Assembly: GCA_019747375.1 (NCBI GenBank)
Contig: JAIEQX010000160.1
Span: 1 to 42,680 of the forward strand
DNA from: Beijerinckiaceae bacterium
GTDB taxonomy: Bacteria > Pseudomonadota > Alphaproteobacteria > Rhizobiales > Beijerinckiaceae
Length of the DNA: 42,680 bases
Direction: 5' to 3'
A program made the position numbers and the translations under genes. Positions 27,217 through 36,269 of the stretch are shown here, in pieces. Below the pieces are notes generated by a model. The model saw nothing but the letters and a program-made list of their open reading frames with translations. It made no database searches and had not been told where the DNA came from. Position 1 is the first letter of the stretch. Each line of letters starts with the position of its first letter.

Positions 27217-29046
27217 ATGGCTGAGCCGAGCAAAACCCCAAAACCCACAACTTCGCTGCGAGCGCTGCTTCCCCTCGTGCCGTATGCGAAGCGGTACAAA
27301 GGCCGCATCCTTGCTGCGCTGGTCGCCCTCAGCGTGGCGGCGGCCGCCACGCTGACAGTCCCACTCGCGGTCAAGGGGATGATCGACCACGGCTTCTCGT
27401 CGGACAGCGTCGGCGTGATCGACTGGTATTTCGGCGCGATGATCGGGGTGGTGGCGATTCTGGCTTTGGCGTCAGGCTGTCGCTTTTTCCTGGTCATGAC
27501 GATTGGCGAACGGGTGGTGGCGGACCTCCGCGCCGACCTTTTTGCTCACCTCACCCGGCTTGACGCACAGTTTTACGATACGGCCCGCACGGGAGAGCTC
27601 GTTTCCCGCCTGACCGCCGACACCACGCAGATGAAATCGGCCTTCGGTGCGTCGGCCTCCTTGGCGCTGCGCAATTTCTTCATGTTTCTCGGCGCCATAG
27701 CGATGATGGTGGTGACCAGTCCAAAGCTTTCCGCGCTGGTGATGGTGGCTATCCCGATTATCGTGCTGCCCCTGGTGGCGTCCGGTCGCTCCGTTCGGAC
27801 GCGCTCGCGTCACGCGCAGGACACGCTGGCCGAGGCGACTTCGTTCGCGGCCGAGAACCTTGGAGCGGTGCGCACCATGCAGGCGTTCGGGGCCGAACGC
27901 TCGACCGTGGCGCGCTTTTCCGCCGCGGTTGAAGAATCCTACCGCGCAGCGCGAAACGCCACGGGGGCGCGGGCGGTGCTGACAACAGTGGCGATCTTCC
28001 TTGCGTTCGCCAGCGTCGTGGGAGTCCTCTGGCTTGGCGCGCAAGATGTTCTGGCCGGTCGCATCACCGGCGGCCTCCTGTCGCAATTCGTGCTCTATGC
28101 GGTATTTGGAGCGGGCGCGCTCGGCGAGCTGAGCCAGGTCTGGAGCGAGATTTCATCTGCCGCCGGTGCGGCGGGGCGCATCGCGGAAATTCTGACCGTC
28201 AAGCCCGCCATCGTGGCGCCTGCCGAACCGGTCGCGCTGCCAAGGCCCGCCCGTGGCGAGATCGTATTTGACCATGTCGGCTTCGCCTATCCGACCCGCG
28301 CCGATACATCGGCGATCCGCGACTTGTCGTTCCGCGTCGCGCCTGGGGAGACGATTGCGATCGTCGGGCCGTCAGGGGCCGGGAAGTCCACGGTCTTCCA
28401 GTTGCTGATGCGCTTCTACGACCCCTCGACAGGCCGGGTTCTGGTCGATGGGGTCGATCTCGCTATGGCCGATCCGTCAGAAATCCGCGCCCGCATGGCG
28501 CTGGTGCCGCAGGATCCGGTGATCTTCGGCGCCAGCATCGCCGAAAATATCCGTTATGGACGCTCTGAAGCGCCCATGGAGGCTGTCCGCGCGGCGGCCG
28601 ACCGTGCGGCTGCGGCGGAATTCGTGACGCGGCTCGACCTTGGCTACGAAACGCTGGCGGGGGAACGCGGCGTGACGCTCTCGGGCGGGCAGCGCCAGCG
28701 CCTCGCCATCGCACGCGCCATTCTGAAGGATGCGCCGATCCTGCTGCTCGACGAGGCGACATCGGCGCTGGATGCGGAAAATGAGGTATTGGTGCAGGCC
28801 GCGCTCGAAAACATCATGAAAGACCGCACCACGATCGTGATCGCCCATCGCCTCGCGACTGTCCTCAAGGCGGACCGAATCCTGGTGATGGACGAAGGCC
28901 AGATCGTCGAAGAGGGCACGCATGCCACGCTGGTGTCGCGCAACGGGCTCTATGCGCGGCTCGCTCGTCTGCAATTCGAGGGCGGCGCCAGTCAGGACAA
29001 TTCGAACGGCAAAGGGGTGAGACCGGAATCGGAAGCCGCCGAGTGA
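27217..29046 (+). CDS. ABCB-type (MsbA-related) exporter, fused permease and ATPase
   Basis: N-terminal TM domain ([21 protein letters not shown]) plus NBD motifs [36 protein letters not shown]. Confidence 0.93.
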   Translation: MAEPSKTPKPTTSLRALLPLVPYAKRYKGRILAALVALSVAAAATLTVPLAVKGMIDHGFSSDSVGVIDWYFGAMIGVVAILALASGCRFFLVMTIGERVVADLRADLFAHLTRLDAQFYDTARTGELVSRLTADTTQMKSAFGASASLALRNFFMFLGAIAMMVVTSPKLSALVMVAIPIIVLPLVASGRSVRTRSRHAQDTLAEATSFAAENLGAVRTMQAFGAERSTVARFSAAVEESYRAARNATGARAVLTTVAIFLAFASVVGVLWLGAQDVLAGRITGGLLSQFVLYAVFGAGALGELSQVWSEISSAAGAAGRIAEILTVKPAIVAPAEPVALPRPARGEIVFDHVGFAYPTRADTSAIRDLSFRVAPGETIAIVGPSGAGKSTVFQLLMRFYDPSTGRVLVDGVDLAMADPSEIRARMALVPQDPVIFGASIAENIRYGRSEAPMEAVRAAADRAAAAEFVTRLDLGYETLAGERGVTLSGGQRQRLAIARAILKDAPILLLDEATSALDAENEVLVQAALENIMKDRTTIVIAHRLATVLKADRILVMDEGQIVEEGTHATLVSRNGLYARLARLQFEGGASQDNSNGKGVRPESEAAE

Positions 29047-29055
29047 CGATCTCGG

Positions 29056-30075
29056 TCAGCGTTCCGTCAGCTTCAGCTCGATGCGGCGGTTGCGACGATA
29101 GGCATCCTCGTTTTCGCCGGTGTCGATCGGCTGGAATTCGCCGAAGCCGGCGGCGACCAGACGTTGAGGGGAAATCCCGCGCGTAACCAGATATTGAACG
29201 ACCGAAATCGCGCGCGTCGCTGACAATTCCCAATTCGATCGACCGACAATCGGGCGTTTGTCCGTATGTCCGTCGACGCGCATGATCCAGCCGATTTCCG
29301 GTGGAATTTCCCGTTCCAAATCGGACACGGCCGCCGCGAGCTTGTCGAGCTCGGCGCGCCCCTGTGGGTTCAACGCGGACTGCCCGGTTTCGAAAAGCAC
29401 TTCGGATTCGAACACGAAGCGGTCGCCGACGACGCGTATGCCCGGACGATTGCCGAGAATTTCCCGCAGCCGTCCGAAGAAGTCGGATCGATACCGCGCA
29501 AGCTCCTGCACTTTCTGGGCGAGGGCGACGTTCAGCCTCGAGCCGAGGTCGGCAATGCGCGCCTGGCTCTCGCGGTCGCGCACCTGGGAGGCCGCAAGAG
29601 CGTCTTCAATAGCGGCGAGCTGGCGGCGAAGCGCCGAGATCTGCTGATTCAGAATGTCCACCTGCGCCATGGCCCTCGCCGAGATGAGGCGTTCCGCGTC
29701 CAGCTGCTTGCGCGCGCTTGATGCTTCCGCCCCGGCAGCGTCCGTGCCGCTGCGGCTGGCGTCGACAAGGCCCTGCAGCCGTACATTCTCGCGCTGGCTG
29801 GCGTCCAGCGTCGCCTGGAGGGCGTCGAGCGTGGCCTGAGAATCGCCGCGCGTCGCCCGCTCCAGCGCCAGCAGGGAGGTCAGTTCCTCAATTTGCCGGT
29901 TGAGCCGCGAGAGCGCGGTGTCCTTGCCGCTGACTTCGCGCGACAGGAAGAACTGGGCGAGCATGAAGACCGAGAGCAGGAAAATGATGACAAGCAGCAT
30001 CGTCGACAATGCGTCGACGAACCCCGGCCAATAGTCGAACCCGCGCCCCGAACGACGGCTGCGCCCGAGCGCCAT
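29056..30075 (-). CDS. MotB-like membrane protein: TM anchor, long coiled coil and OmpA-like peptidoglycan-binding domain
   Basis: WPGFVDALSTMLLVIIFLL (MotB-type TM with Asp), a long heptad-rich region, then VDGHTDKRP, NWELSATRAISV and RRNRRIE. Confidence 0.88.
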   Translation of the reverse strand: MALGRSRRSGRGFDYWPGFVDALSTMLLVIIFLLSVFMLAQFFLSREVSGKDTALSRLNRQIEELTSLLALERATRGDSQATLDALQATLDASQRENVRLQGLVDASRSGTDAAGAEASSARKQLDAERLISARAMAQVDILNQQISALRRQLAAIEDALAASQVRDRESQARIADLGSRLNVALAQKVQELARYRSDFFGRLREILGNRPGIRVVGDRFVFESEVLFETGQSALNPQGRAELDKLAAAVSDLEREIPPEIGWIMRVDGHTDKRPIVGRSNWELSATRAISVVQYLVTRGISPQRLVAAGFGEFQPIDTGENEDAYRRNRRIELKLTER

Positions 30076-31052
30076 CAGCGTCGCTCCGTCTCGGAGGAGA
30101 GGCGCTCGAGCAACTTGCGGATTTCACCCTGCTGGTCGGCCTGCGCCTCAACCCAGCTGCGGACGAGCTGCTGTTCGCTGCGCATGTGCTGCACGAGCCC
30201 CTGAATGCCTTCAGCAAGGTTGGCCATGGCGACCGACGCAGCGCGCGAATTGGCCGGATCGGAGCTCGACGCCAGGCGTTCCAGCGCGGCGCGGATATCT
30301 GCAGGCAAGGCCGCAGCTTCCGGCGAAGCGGTGAATGCATCCGTGGCGTTGGCGGATAGCGCGTCCTCGAGCTGGTTATAGAAACGGTTCTGCGCCTGGC
30401 CTGCCTGAAGGTCGAGGAAGCCCAGGATAAGCGAGCCCGCAAGACCGAAGAGCGAAGAGGTGAAGGCGATGGCCATGCCCTGAATGGGCCGCGAAAGGCC
30501 GTTTTTCAGATCGTCGAACATGACGGTCGCGTCGCCGCCGCCCTGCATGGAATTGATCACGCCGCTGATCGAGCCGACGGTTTCGAGCAATCCCCAAAAC
30601 GTGCCGAGAAGGCCGAGGAATACAAGCAGGCCGGTGAGATACCGGGCGATCTCACGAGATTCGTCGAGACGTGTGCCGATGGAATCGAGGATGGCGCGCA
30701 GCGTGACCGTCGAGATCGACCGAAGACCGCCGTCGCCCAGCATGGTGGCCATCGGAGCGAGGAGCACAGGGTGGGCGGCCTGATCCGGCTGTCCGCGCCG
30801 CATGGCGTTGACCCAGCGCACTTCCGGGAAAAGCCGCGAAACCTGACGGATGGCCAGCAGGATGCCAATCAGCAGGACCGTAATGATGAGGGTGTTGAGG
30901 CCGGGATTCGCCTGGAAGGCGACAAAGATTTGCCGATACAGGATCAGCGCGACGAAGCCGGCCAGGATAAGGAAGACCACCATGCGCACGAGAAAAATGC
31001 GCGGAGAGGTCAGCAGATAAGGATCGCGGTCAGCCGCCATTTCAGGTTCCAT
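30075..31052 (-). CDS. MotA/TolQ/ExbB-like proton-channel membrane protein
   Basis: TM helices with LVFLGLLGTFWGL and GMAIAFTSSLFGLAGSL. 1-nt (TGATG) overlap with the MotB-like gene. Start 31052 or 31040. Confidence 0.82.
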   Translation of the reverse strand: MEPEMAADRDPYLLTSPRIFLVRMVVFLILAGFVALILYRQIFVAFQANPGLNTLIITVLLIGILLAIRQVSRLFPEVRWVNAMRRGQPDQAAHPVLLAPMATMLGDGGLRSISTVTLRAILDSIGTRLDESREIARYLTGLLVFLGLLGTFWGLLETVGSISGVINSMQGGGDATVMFDDLKNGLSRPIQGMAIAFTSSLFGLAGSLILGFLDLQAGQAQNRFYNQLEDALSANATDAFTASPEAAALPADIRAALERLASSSDPANSRAASVAMANLAEGIQGLVQHMRSEQQLVRSWVEAQADQQGEIRKLLERLSSETERR

Positions 31053-31155
31053 CCCGGACGCCGAGTGTGAGTCGGCTATCCTTAGCGCCTAAGAGACTGC
31101 AATTTCCTTACGCATTCAAGCACGGCCATGATTCCGCTCGGACAGCGGAGCCGTT

Positions 31156-31947
31156 TCACGCGGTGCGGATCGCCGCCAGAAGGCTCCGGTGCATGACCTC
31201 GTTGCCGACGCAGATGGAGGCCGTCTCCATCATGCGGTCTCCGCCATCGGCGTCGCTGACATAGCCGCCCGCCTCCCGCACCAGCACCATGCCGGCCGCC
31301 ATGTCCCAGGGGCCGAGGCCGCGTTCCCAATAGCAATCCAGCCGCCCGGCCGCCACCATGGCGAGATCGAGCGAGGCCGCGCCCATTCGGCGGAGCCCGC
31401 CGGCGCGCGCCATGACGGAAGCCATCTCGGCCTTGAAGCGCGGATGTTGCGCCGCGCGTCCGAGATGCGGGATGCCGCAGCCGACGAGGGCGTCGGCGAA
31501 GTCGCGGCGCGCCGCCACCCGCAGCCGTCGATTGTTCAGCCAGGCGCCCTGGCCCTTTTCGGCGACATACATGTCGTCGGTCGCAGGATTGTAGACGACG
31601 GCCGCGATCATCTGGCCTTCGCGCTCCAAGCCTATGGAAACGGCGAACAAGGGCAGGCCATGCAAAAAGTTCGTCGTCCCGTCGAGCGGATCGATATACC
31701 AGCGATGCGTCTTGTCGGCGCCCTCGACCTCGCCACCTTCCTCCATCAGAAATCCGTAGCCGGGACGGGCCTTCGACAATTCCTCAAACAGGGTCTTTTC
31801 GGCGCGCTTGTCGGCGGCGGTGACGAAATCGCCCGGGCCCTTGACCGAGACCTGCAGGTTTTCGACCTCGCCGAGATCGCGCTTCAATCCACGGCCGGCC
31901 TTCACGGCGGCGGCTGTCATGACGTTCATCAGGGCGGAGCGGATCAT
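31156..31947 (-). CDS. suhB: Inositol monophosphatase family protein SuhB
   Basis: DFVTAADKRAE, LMEEGG, WYIDPLDGTTNFLHG, GAASLDLAMVAAGR, WDMAAG. Confidence 0.93.
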   Translation of the reverse strand: MIRSALMNVMTAAAVKAGRGLKRDLGEVENLQVSVKGPGDFVTAADKRAEKTLFEELSKARPGYGFLMEEGGEVEGADKTHRWYIDPLDGTTNFLHGLPLFAVSIGLEREGQMIAAVVYNPATDDMYVAEKGQGAWLNNRRLRVAARRDFADALVGCGIPHLGRAAQHPRFKAEMASVMARAGGLRRMGAASLDLAMVAAGRLDCYWERGLGPWDMAAGMVLVREAGGYVSDADGGDRMMETASICVGNEVMHRSLLAAIRTA

Positions 31948-32055
31948 CGGGCGTGACTTTCGAGGCGTCGGGAGACGAGGCTGAGCATGATTTTCATCGC
32001 CGGTCTTAGCGCGATGCATGCAGGAAGATCAAATGAATGGGGCTGAATCTCGTGA

Positions 32056-33051
32056 TCAGTTGCCGATGTAGCGGCGTACGGCGTCCTCCACCGCAGCCTT
32101 GTCCTGCGCCAGAAGCCCATTGAGCAGCGTGTCGAGCCATTCGTCCTGCAGACCGACGGTGCGGGCCAGGACATGCCATTTCATGGCTTCGACCATGTTG
32201 CGGTCGACGCCGCGCCCTGCCGCGTAGAGGCGGGCAATGCGATTCATCGCCACCGGATTGTTGCCGCTGGCGGCGCGCAGAAAATATCTTGCCGCGCCTT
32301 TTTCGTCCTTGGTGACGCCTTCGCCGTTGAACAGCATGATGGCGTATTCGACTTCAGCGGCGACATTTCGCTCATCGGCTGCGCGCCGCATCCAATCCGC
32401 GGACTGGCCGAGGTCGCGGGGCACGCCCTTGCCTTCGCGGTACAGGACGGCGAGCGAATAGGCGCCTTCGTTATTGCCGGCTTCCGCGGCGCGGCGGAAG
32501 AGATCGGCGGCGCGCTTGAAATCCTGGATCTCGTTGTCGATCGCCATGATGCCGAGGTTGTACAGCGCCCCTGCATGGCCGGCGGCAGCCGCCGTCTTGA
32601 ACAGGGCCTCCGCCCGCGCCTTGTCCTTCGGCACGCCGCGGCCTTCAAGATTTGCGAGGCCCAGCGCGAAAGTCGCCTGCCGGTCGCCGCGGTCGGCCGC
32701 AAGCTTGTACCAGCGCGCCGCCTCCTCGAGATCGCGCCTCACTCCGAGGCCTTCCTTGAAGACTTCGGCGACGATCGTCATTGCGGCGCCATCTTGATTG
32801 TCGCGGTCGATCCGCTTCATCGCTTCTCGCATGGCGGTAACGTAATAGCCGCGCTGAAACGCCCCGTACGCAATGTCGCCGTCGCCGGCGTTTTGGACTG
32901 GCGGAAGCGTCTGGGGCTTGAACGGCGGCGCGAGGCCCGGCGCAATGGCGGGCGCCGCAGGCGTCAGGCTGGGCCCCCCAGGGACAAGCGTTTGCGCCTG
33001 CGCGGGCAGCGACAGCATCAAAAGCGCGGCGATGGTGGTCGCGTGGCGCAT
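32056..33051 (-). CDS. Exported Sel1-like repeat protein
   Basis: Signal peptide (..LPAQA/Q), Pro-rich linker, and tandem Sel1 repeats (G.GV.RDL.EA.RWY..AA..G). TGATG overlap with the upstream ThiE-like gene. Confidence 0.88.
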   Translation of the reverse strand: MRHATTIAALLMLSLPAQAQTLVPGGPSLTPAAPAIAPGLAPPFKPQTLPPVQNAGDGDIAYGAFQRGYYVTAMREAMKRIDRDNQDGAAMTIVAEVFKEGLGVRRDLEEAARWYKLAADRGDRQATFALGLANLEGRGVPKDKARAEALFKTAAAAGHAGALYNLGIMAIDNEIQDFKRAADLFRRAAEAGNNEGAYSLAVLYREGKGVPRDLGQSADWMRRAADERNVAAEVEYAIMLFNGEGVTKDEKGAARYFLRAASGNNPVAMNRIARLYAAGRGVDRNMVEAMKWHVLARTVGLQDEWLDTLLNGLLAQDKAAVEDAVRRYIGN

Positions 33052-33701
33052 CAGGCGGCTGCGACTCCGGCGTTGGCGATGAGACTGGACGCTTCCGAGA
33101 CGGCTGCGGCAGGACCACGCGCATCGTCCCAGACGGCTTCCCGCAGTGAGATGAAATCGGCGCCTGCGCGCGTCAGCGTGGTGACGTCCGGCAACGTCGG
33201 CGCATAGGCGACACAAGGAACGTTGAAAATTTCCGACCACCAGGACACGCGCTCGACCACCTGCTCGAGCGGCGGCACATAGCCGTCCGGGGCCGGGTCG
33301 CCGAAGCTCACATAATCGATGTCGTGCTCGCCGGAGATCATCGCGTCGTGCTTGGCGCGCAGGCTTCCGGCGCCGAGAATGCGATCGGGCTTCAGCCGTT
33401 CGACGGCCTCTCCAAGCGTCTTTTCAAGCGTATCGCCACTGAGGCGCACATGCGCTCCATCGGCTCCCGATCGCGCCACGAGCCCGACGGAATCGATCAA
33501 CAGCGCCACGCCGCGCGGCTCCGTGACGGGCAGTAGCGCGCGCACGATCTTCTTTGCCGAGCCCTCGTCGCGCGCCGCCAGCATGACGAGGACGCAGGCG
33601 ACGTCGCCCGCATCCAGCGCGGCTTCGAGCGACGCCGCGAACTCGCCGGGTTCGGAGAGCGGCGGTGTCATGAGATAAAGACGCGTCGAAGGTGCAGCCA
33701 T
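33051..33701 (-). CDS. Thiamine-phosphate-synthase (ThiE/TenI) fold protein, divergent
   Basis: RLYLMTP, ALDAGDVACV, GADGAHV, DYVSFG, GADFISL match the ThiE barrel pattern, but the canonical QxRxK and IND motifs are not evident. Confidence 0.75.
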   Translation of the reverse strand: MAAPSTRLYLMTPPLSEPGEFAASLEAALDAGDVACVLVMLAARDEGSAKKIVRALLPVTEPRGVALLIDSVGLVARSGADGAHVRLSGDTLEKTLGEAVERLKPDRILGAGSLRAKHDAMISGEHDIDYVSFGDPAPDGYVPPLEQVVERVSWWSEIFNVPCVAYAPTLPDVTTLTRAGADFISLREAVWDDARGPAAAVSEASSLIANAGVAAA

Positions 33702-33798
33702 GAAATCCGTCCGTGGGCGCAGCCCTGATTGGCCGCGGGTTGTCGCAATCCATTAGGGCGAAAGCGCGGCCCGGAACGCGGAAGACGCCTGCGACGTC

Positions 33799-34545
33799 TC
33801 AGCCGCCCATCTTCGCCATGAGCGCATCGGAAATCTCGAAGTTGGCGTAGACGTTCTGCACGTCTTCATTGTCTTCGAGCGAGCCGATGAGCTTCAGGAT
33901 CTTCTCGCCTGCCTCGTCGTCGACCGAGATCGTGTTCTGCGGCCGCCAGAGAAGCGCGGTCTTGCGCGCTTCGCCAAATTTTTCCTCGAGCGTTTTCTGG
34001 ACGTCGCGGAGGGACTCTAGCGTCGTGACAATCTCGTAGCCGTCTTCGATGGACGTGACGTCGTCGGCGCCGGCTTCGATCGCGGCTTCCATTACGTCGT
34101 CTTCCGACCCAATCGACGTCGGGTACTCGATGATCCCGATCCGATCGAACATGAACGCGACCGCTCCGGTTTCCGCAAGAGCGCCGCCCGCCTTTGTGAA
34201 ATAGGAGCGGACTTCGCCGGCCGTGCGGTTGCGGTTGTCGGTCAATGCTTCGATGATCACGGCGACGCCGCCCGGCGCGTAACCCTCGTAGCGGACCTCG
34301 TCGTAGGTCTCGGCGTCGCCGCCGGACGCCTTCTTGATAGCGCGCTCGATATTGTCCTTGGGCATGTTTTCGGCGCGCGCCTCCAGAACCGCGGCGCGCA
34401 GACGCGGATTCATGGCGGGGTCGGCCATGCCGGATTTGGCCGCCACGGTGATTTCACGAGCCAGCTTGGAAAAGAGCTTGGACCGCACCGCGTCCTGCTT
34501 GCCCTTCCGGTGCATGATGTTCTTGAACTGACTATGGCCTGCCAT
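33799..34545 (-). CDS. yebC: YebC/PmpR family protein
   Basis: [66 protein letters not shown]. Confidence 0.95.
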   Translation of the reverse strand: MAGHSQFKNIMHRKGKQDAVRSKLFSKLAREITVAAKSGMADPAMNPRLRAAVLEARAENMPKDNIERAIKKASGGDAETYDEVRYEGYAPGGVAVIIEALTDNRNRTAGEVRSYFTKAGGALAETGAVAFMFDRIGIIEYPTSIGSEDDVMEAAIEAGADDVTSIEDGYEIVTTLESLRDVQKTLEEKFGEARKTALLWRPQNTISVDDEAGEKILKLIGSLEDNEDVQNVYANFEISDALMAKMGG

Positions 34546-34651
34546 AAAACCCTCGATGTGCCGCGGCGCGGGGTCCATGAGGTCCCGCGCGTGTCCTTCC
34601 ACATGCGCGGCTTATACGCCTCGCTCGAGCGGAAATGAAGCGCCGGCGCCC

Positions 34652-35476
34652 TCAAGCGTCCCAGAAATCCGGCAAAGCCTGCGACAGGCGGCCTCCAAGC
34701 CGCACCGGGGCGACCTCCCGGGCCAGTCCGGTGGCGTCATCGATGTCCACCGCCAGGCCGCAAAGGGTCGCCGGCCCCATCGCCGGCTCGAAGCGGCCCC
34801 CCGGGATCTTTCGGGTAAACCGCCGCAGCGGTTCTTCCTTGTCCATGCCGATAACCGAGTCAAAATCGCCCGTCATGCCGGCGTCGCTCTGATATGCCGT
34901 GCCGCCTGGCAGAATCTGGGCGTCTGCGGTCGGGACATGGGTGTGGGTGCCGACCACGAGACTGGCGCGGCCGTCGCAGAAGTGACCCATGGCCATTTTC
35001 TCGCTTGTGGTCTCGGCGTGAAAATCAAGCAGAAAGGCGTCACAGCCAAGCCCAAGCGGGCAGGCGGCCATTTCGCGCTCGACCGAAGCGAACGGGTCGT
35101 CCATCGCATCCATGAAGATGCGGCCCATGGCGTTCATGACCAGAATGCGCTGGCCCCTGGACGTCTCAAACAGGTTGGCGCCGCGGCCCGGCGTGCCGGC
35201 GGGATAATTGGCCGGGCGCAGGAGCCGGGGTTGGCGCTCGATAAAAACGAGAGCCTCGCGCTGGTCGAAAGAATGGTTGCCCAGGGTGACGCAATCGGCC
35301 CCGGCGCCAAGAAATTCGTCACAAATAGCCTCGGTAATGCCAAAACCCGCGGCTGCGTTCTCTCCGTTGACGACGACAAAATCCAGCGCGTAGCGGGCCT
35401 TGAGGCCCGGCAGGATGTCGAGCAGGACCGAGCGCCCGGCGCGGCCCACGATATCGCCGATGAAAAGCAGACGCAT
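34652..35476 (-). CDS. TIGR00282/YmdB family metallophosphoesterase
   Basis: FIGDIVGRAG, VNGENAAAGFG, TLGNH, RPANYP, DFHAETTSEK, GTHTHVPTAD, DAGMTG..DSVIG. Confidence 0.93.
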   Translation of the reverse strand: MRLLFIGDIVGRAGRSVLLDILPGLKARYALDFVVVNGENAAAGFGITEAICDEFLGAGADCVTLGNHSFDQREALVFIERQPRLLRPANYPAGTPGRGANLFETSRGQRILVMNAMGRIFMDAMDDPFASVEREMAACPLGLGCDAFLLDFHAETTSEKMAMGHFCDGRASLVVGTHTHVPTADAQILPGGTAYQSDAGMTGDFDSVIGMDKEEPLRRFTRKIPGGRFEPAMGPATLCGLAVDIDDATGLAREVAPVRLGGRLSQALPDFWDA

Positions 35477-35479
35477 GTA

Positions 35480-36049
35480 TTATCCCCGGCTCAGGCCCCG
35501 GATTTCGCCGCAGGCCATGGTCTCGCGTTCCGTTACCACGAAATCGAGTGGGCGATCGTGAGTCTCCGCCGGGATTTCGGCAATTTCCTGAATGGAAAAT
35601 GCAAGGCCGATGGTCAATACGGGTCCGAGCGCCGCCAGCGTGCGATCATAATGGCCCTTGCCGTAGCCGATCCGGTGGCCGCGCCGGTCGAAGGCGGCGA
35701 GCGGCACGATGAGCGTCCGGGGCTCGACGCGCGGCGTGCGGTCGTCAGGCTCCATCAAGCCGAACGGTGCGGATCGCAGGGGGGCGGCTTCCGTCCAGAG
35801 GCGGAAAATGAGGCCCTCGGGCGTGACGACGGGCAGGGCGATCGGAAAGTCAAGCGTGCGCAGTCGGCTCATGGCGGGGCGGGGATCGGCCTCGCTGCGG
35901 ATCGGCCAGTAGCCGGCGACAGGGCCGGGCGGGAAATTCGGCGTGAGGTCGGCGATGCGCTGCGCCAGGATCTCGGCTGCGGCGGCTCGCTCCGGAGCGG
36001 CGAGCGCATCGCGACGCGCCAGCGCCTGAGCCCGGAGGGCGGTCTTCAT
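35480..36049 (-). CDS. 5-formyltetrahydrofolate cyclo-ligase (YgfA/Fau)
   Basis: KTALRAQALARRDAL, AGYWPIRSEAD, ALPVV, VPLAAFDRRGHRIGYGKGHYDRTL, HDRPLDFVVTE; directly downstream of 6S RNA. Confidence 0.92.
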   Translation of the reverse strand: MKTALRAQALARRDALAAPERAAAAEILAQRIADLTPNFPPGPVAGYWPIRSEADPRPAMSRLRTLDFPIALPVVTPEGLIFRLWTEAAPLRSAPFGLMEPDDRTPRVEPRTLIVPLAAFDRRGHRIGYGKGHYDRTLAALGPVLTIGLAFSIQEIAEIPAETHDRPLDFVVTERETMACGEIRGLSRG

Positions 36050-36077
36050 TCCGAACGACTCCGGAGGACAACAGAAA

Positions 36078-36234
36078 GGTTGCGGGCCACGATGGCCGTG
36101 GGACATCGATCCCGGGAACCTACAGCGTAGGTGGGCGCCATGTGACCGAGTCCACGGACAAGGTCAGGGACAGCTCCCTTTGAGATCGATAAGGCCCCGG
36201 GAATACAGATCCAACACGCACCCCGCAGCGCCGC
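36078..36234 (-). ncRNA. ssrS: 6S RNA
   Basis: The minus strand reads TGCGGGG...TTCCCGGGGCCTTATCGATCTCAAAGGGAGCTGTCCCTGACC...GGCGCCCACCTACGCTGTAGGTTCCCGGGATCGA...CGTGGCCCGCA, matching the alphaproteobacterial 6S pattern. The closing stem pairs 36081-36086 with 36222-36227, and it sits in the usual position upstream of the cyclo-ligase. Ends are approximate. Confidence 0.9.
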
Positions 36235-36240
36235 CTTGGT

Positions 36241-36269
36241 AATGTAGGGCAGGCGGCTGCCCAGTGCTA
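36241..36269 (-). promoter_or_regulatory. Candidate 6S RNA promoter
   Basis: The minus strand reads TAGCAC-N17-TACATT immediately upstream of the RNA; the -35 overlaps the TAG stop of the upstream gene. Confidence 0.45.

Noticed and set aside
29056-31052. MotA/MotB-like pair as a Zorya (ZorAB) anti-phage system or as the flagellar stator
   Set aside because: No ZorC/D/E-like nuclease or helicase and no flagellar genes nearby; the context is housekeeping, not a defence island.
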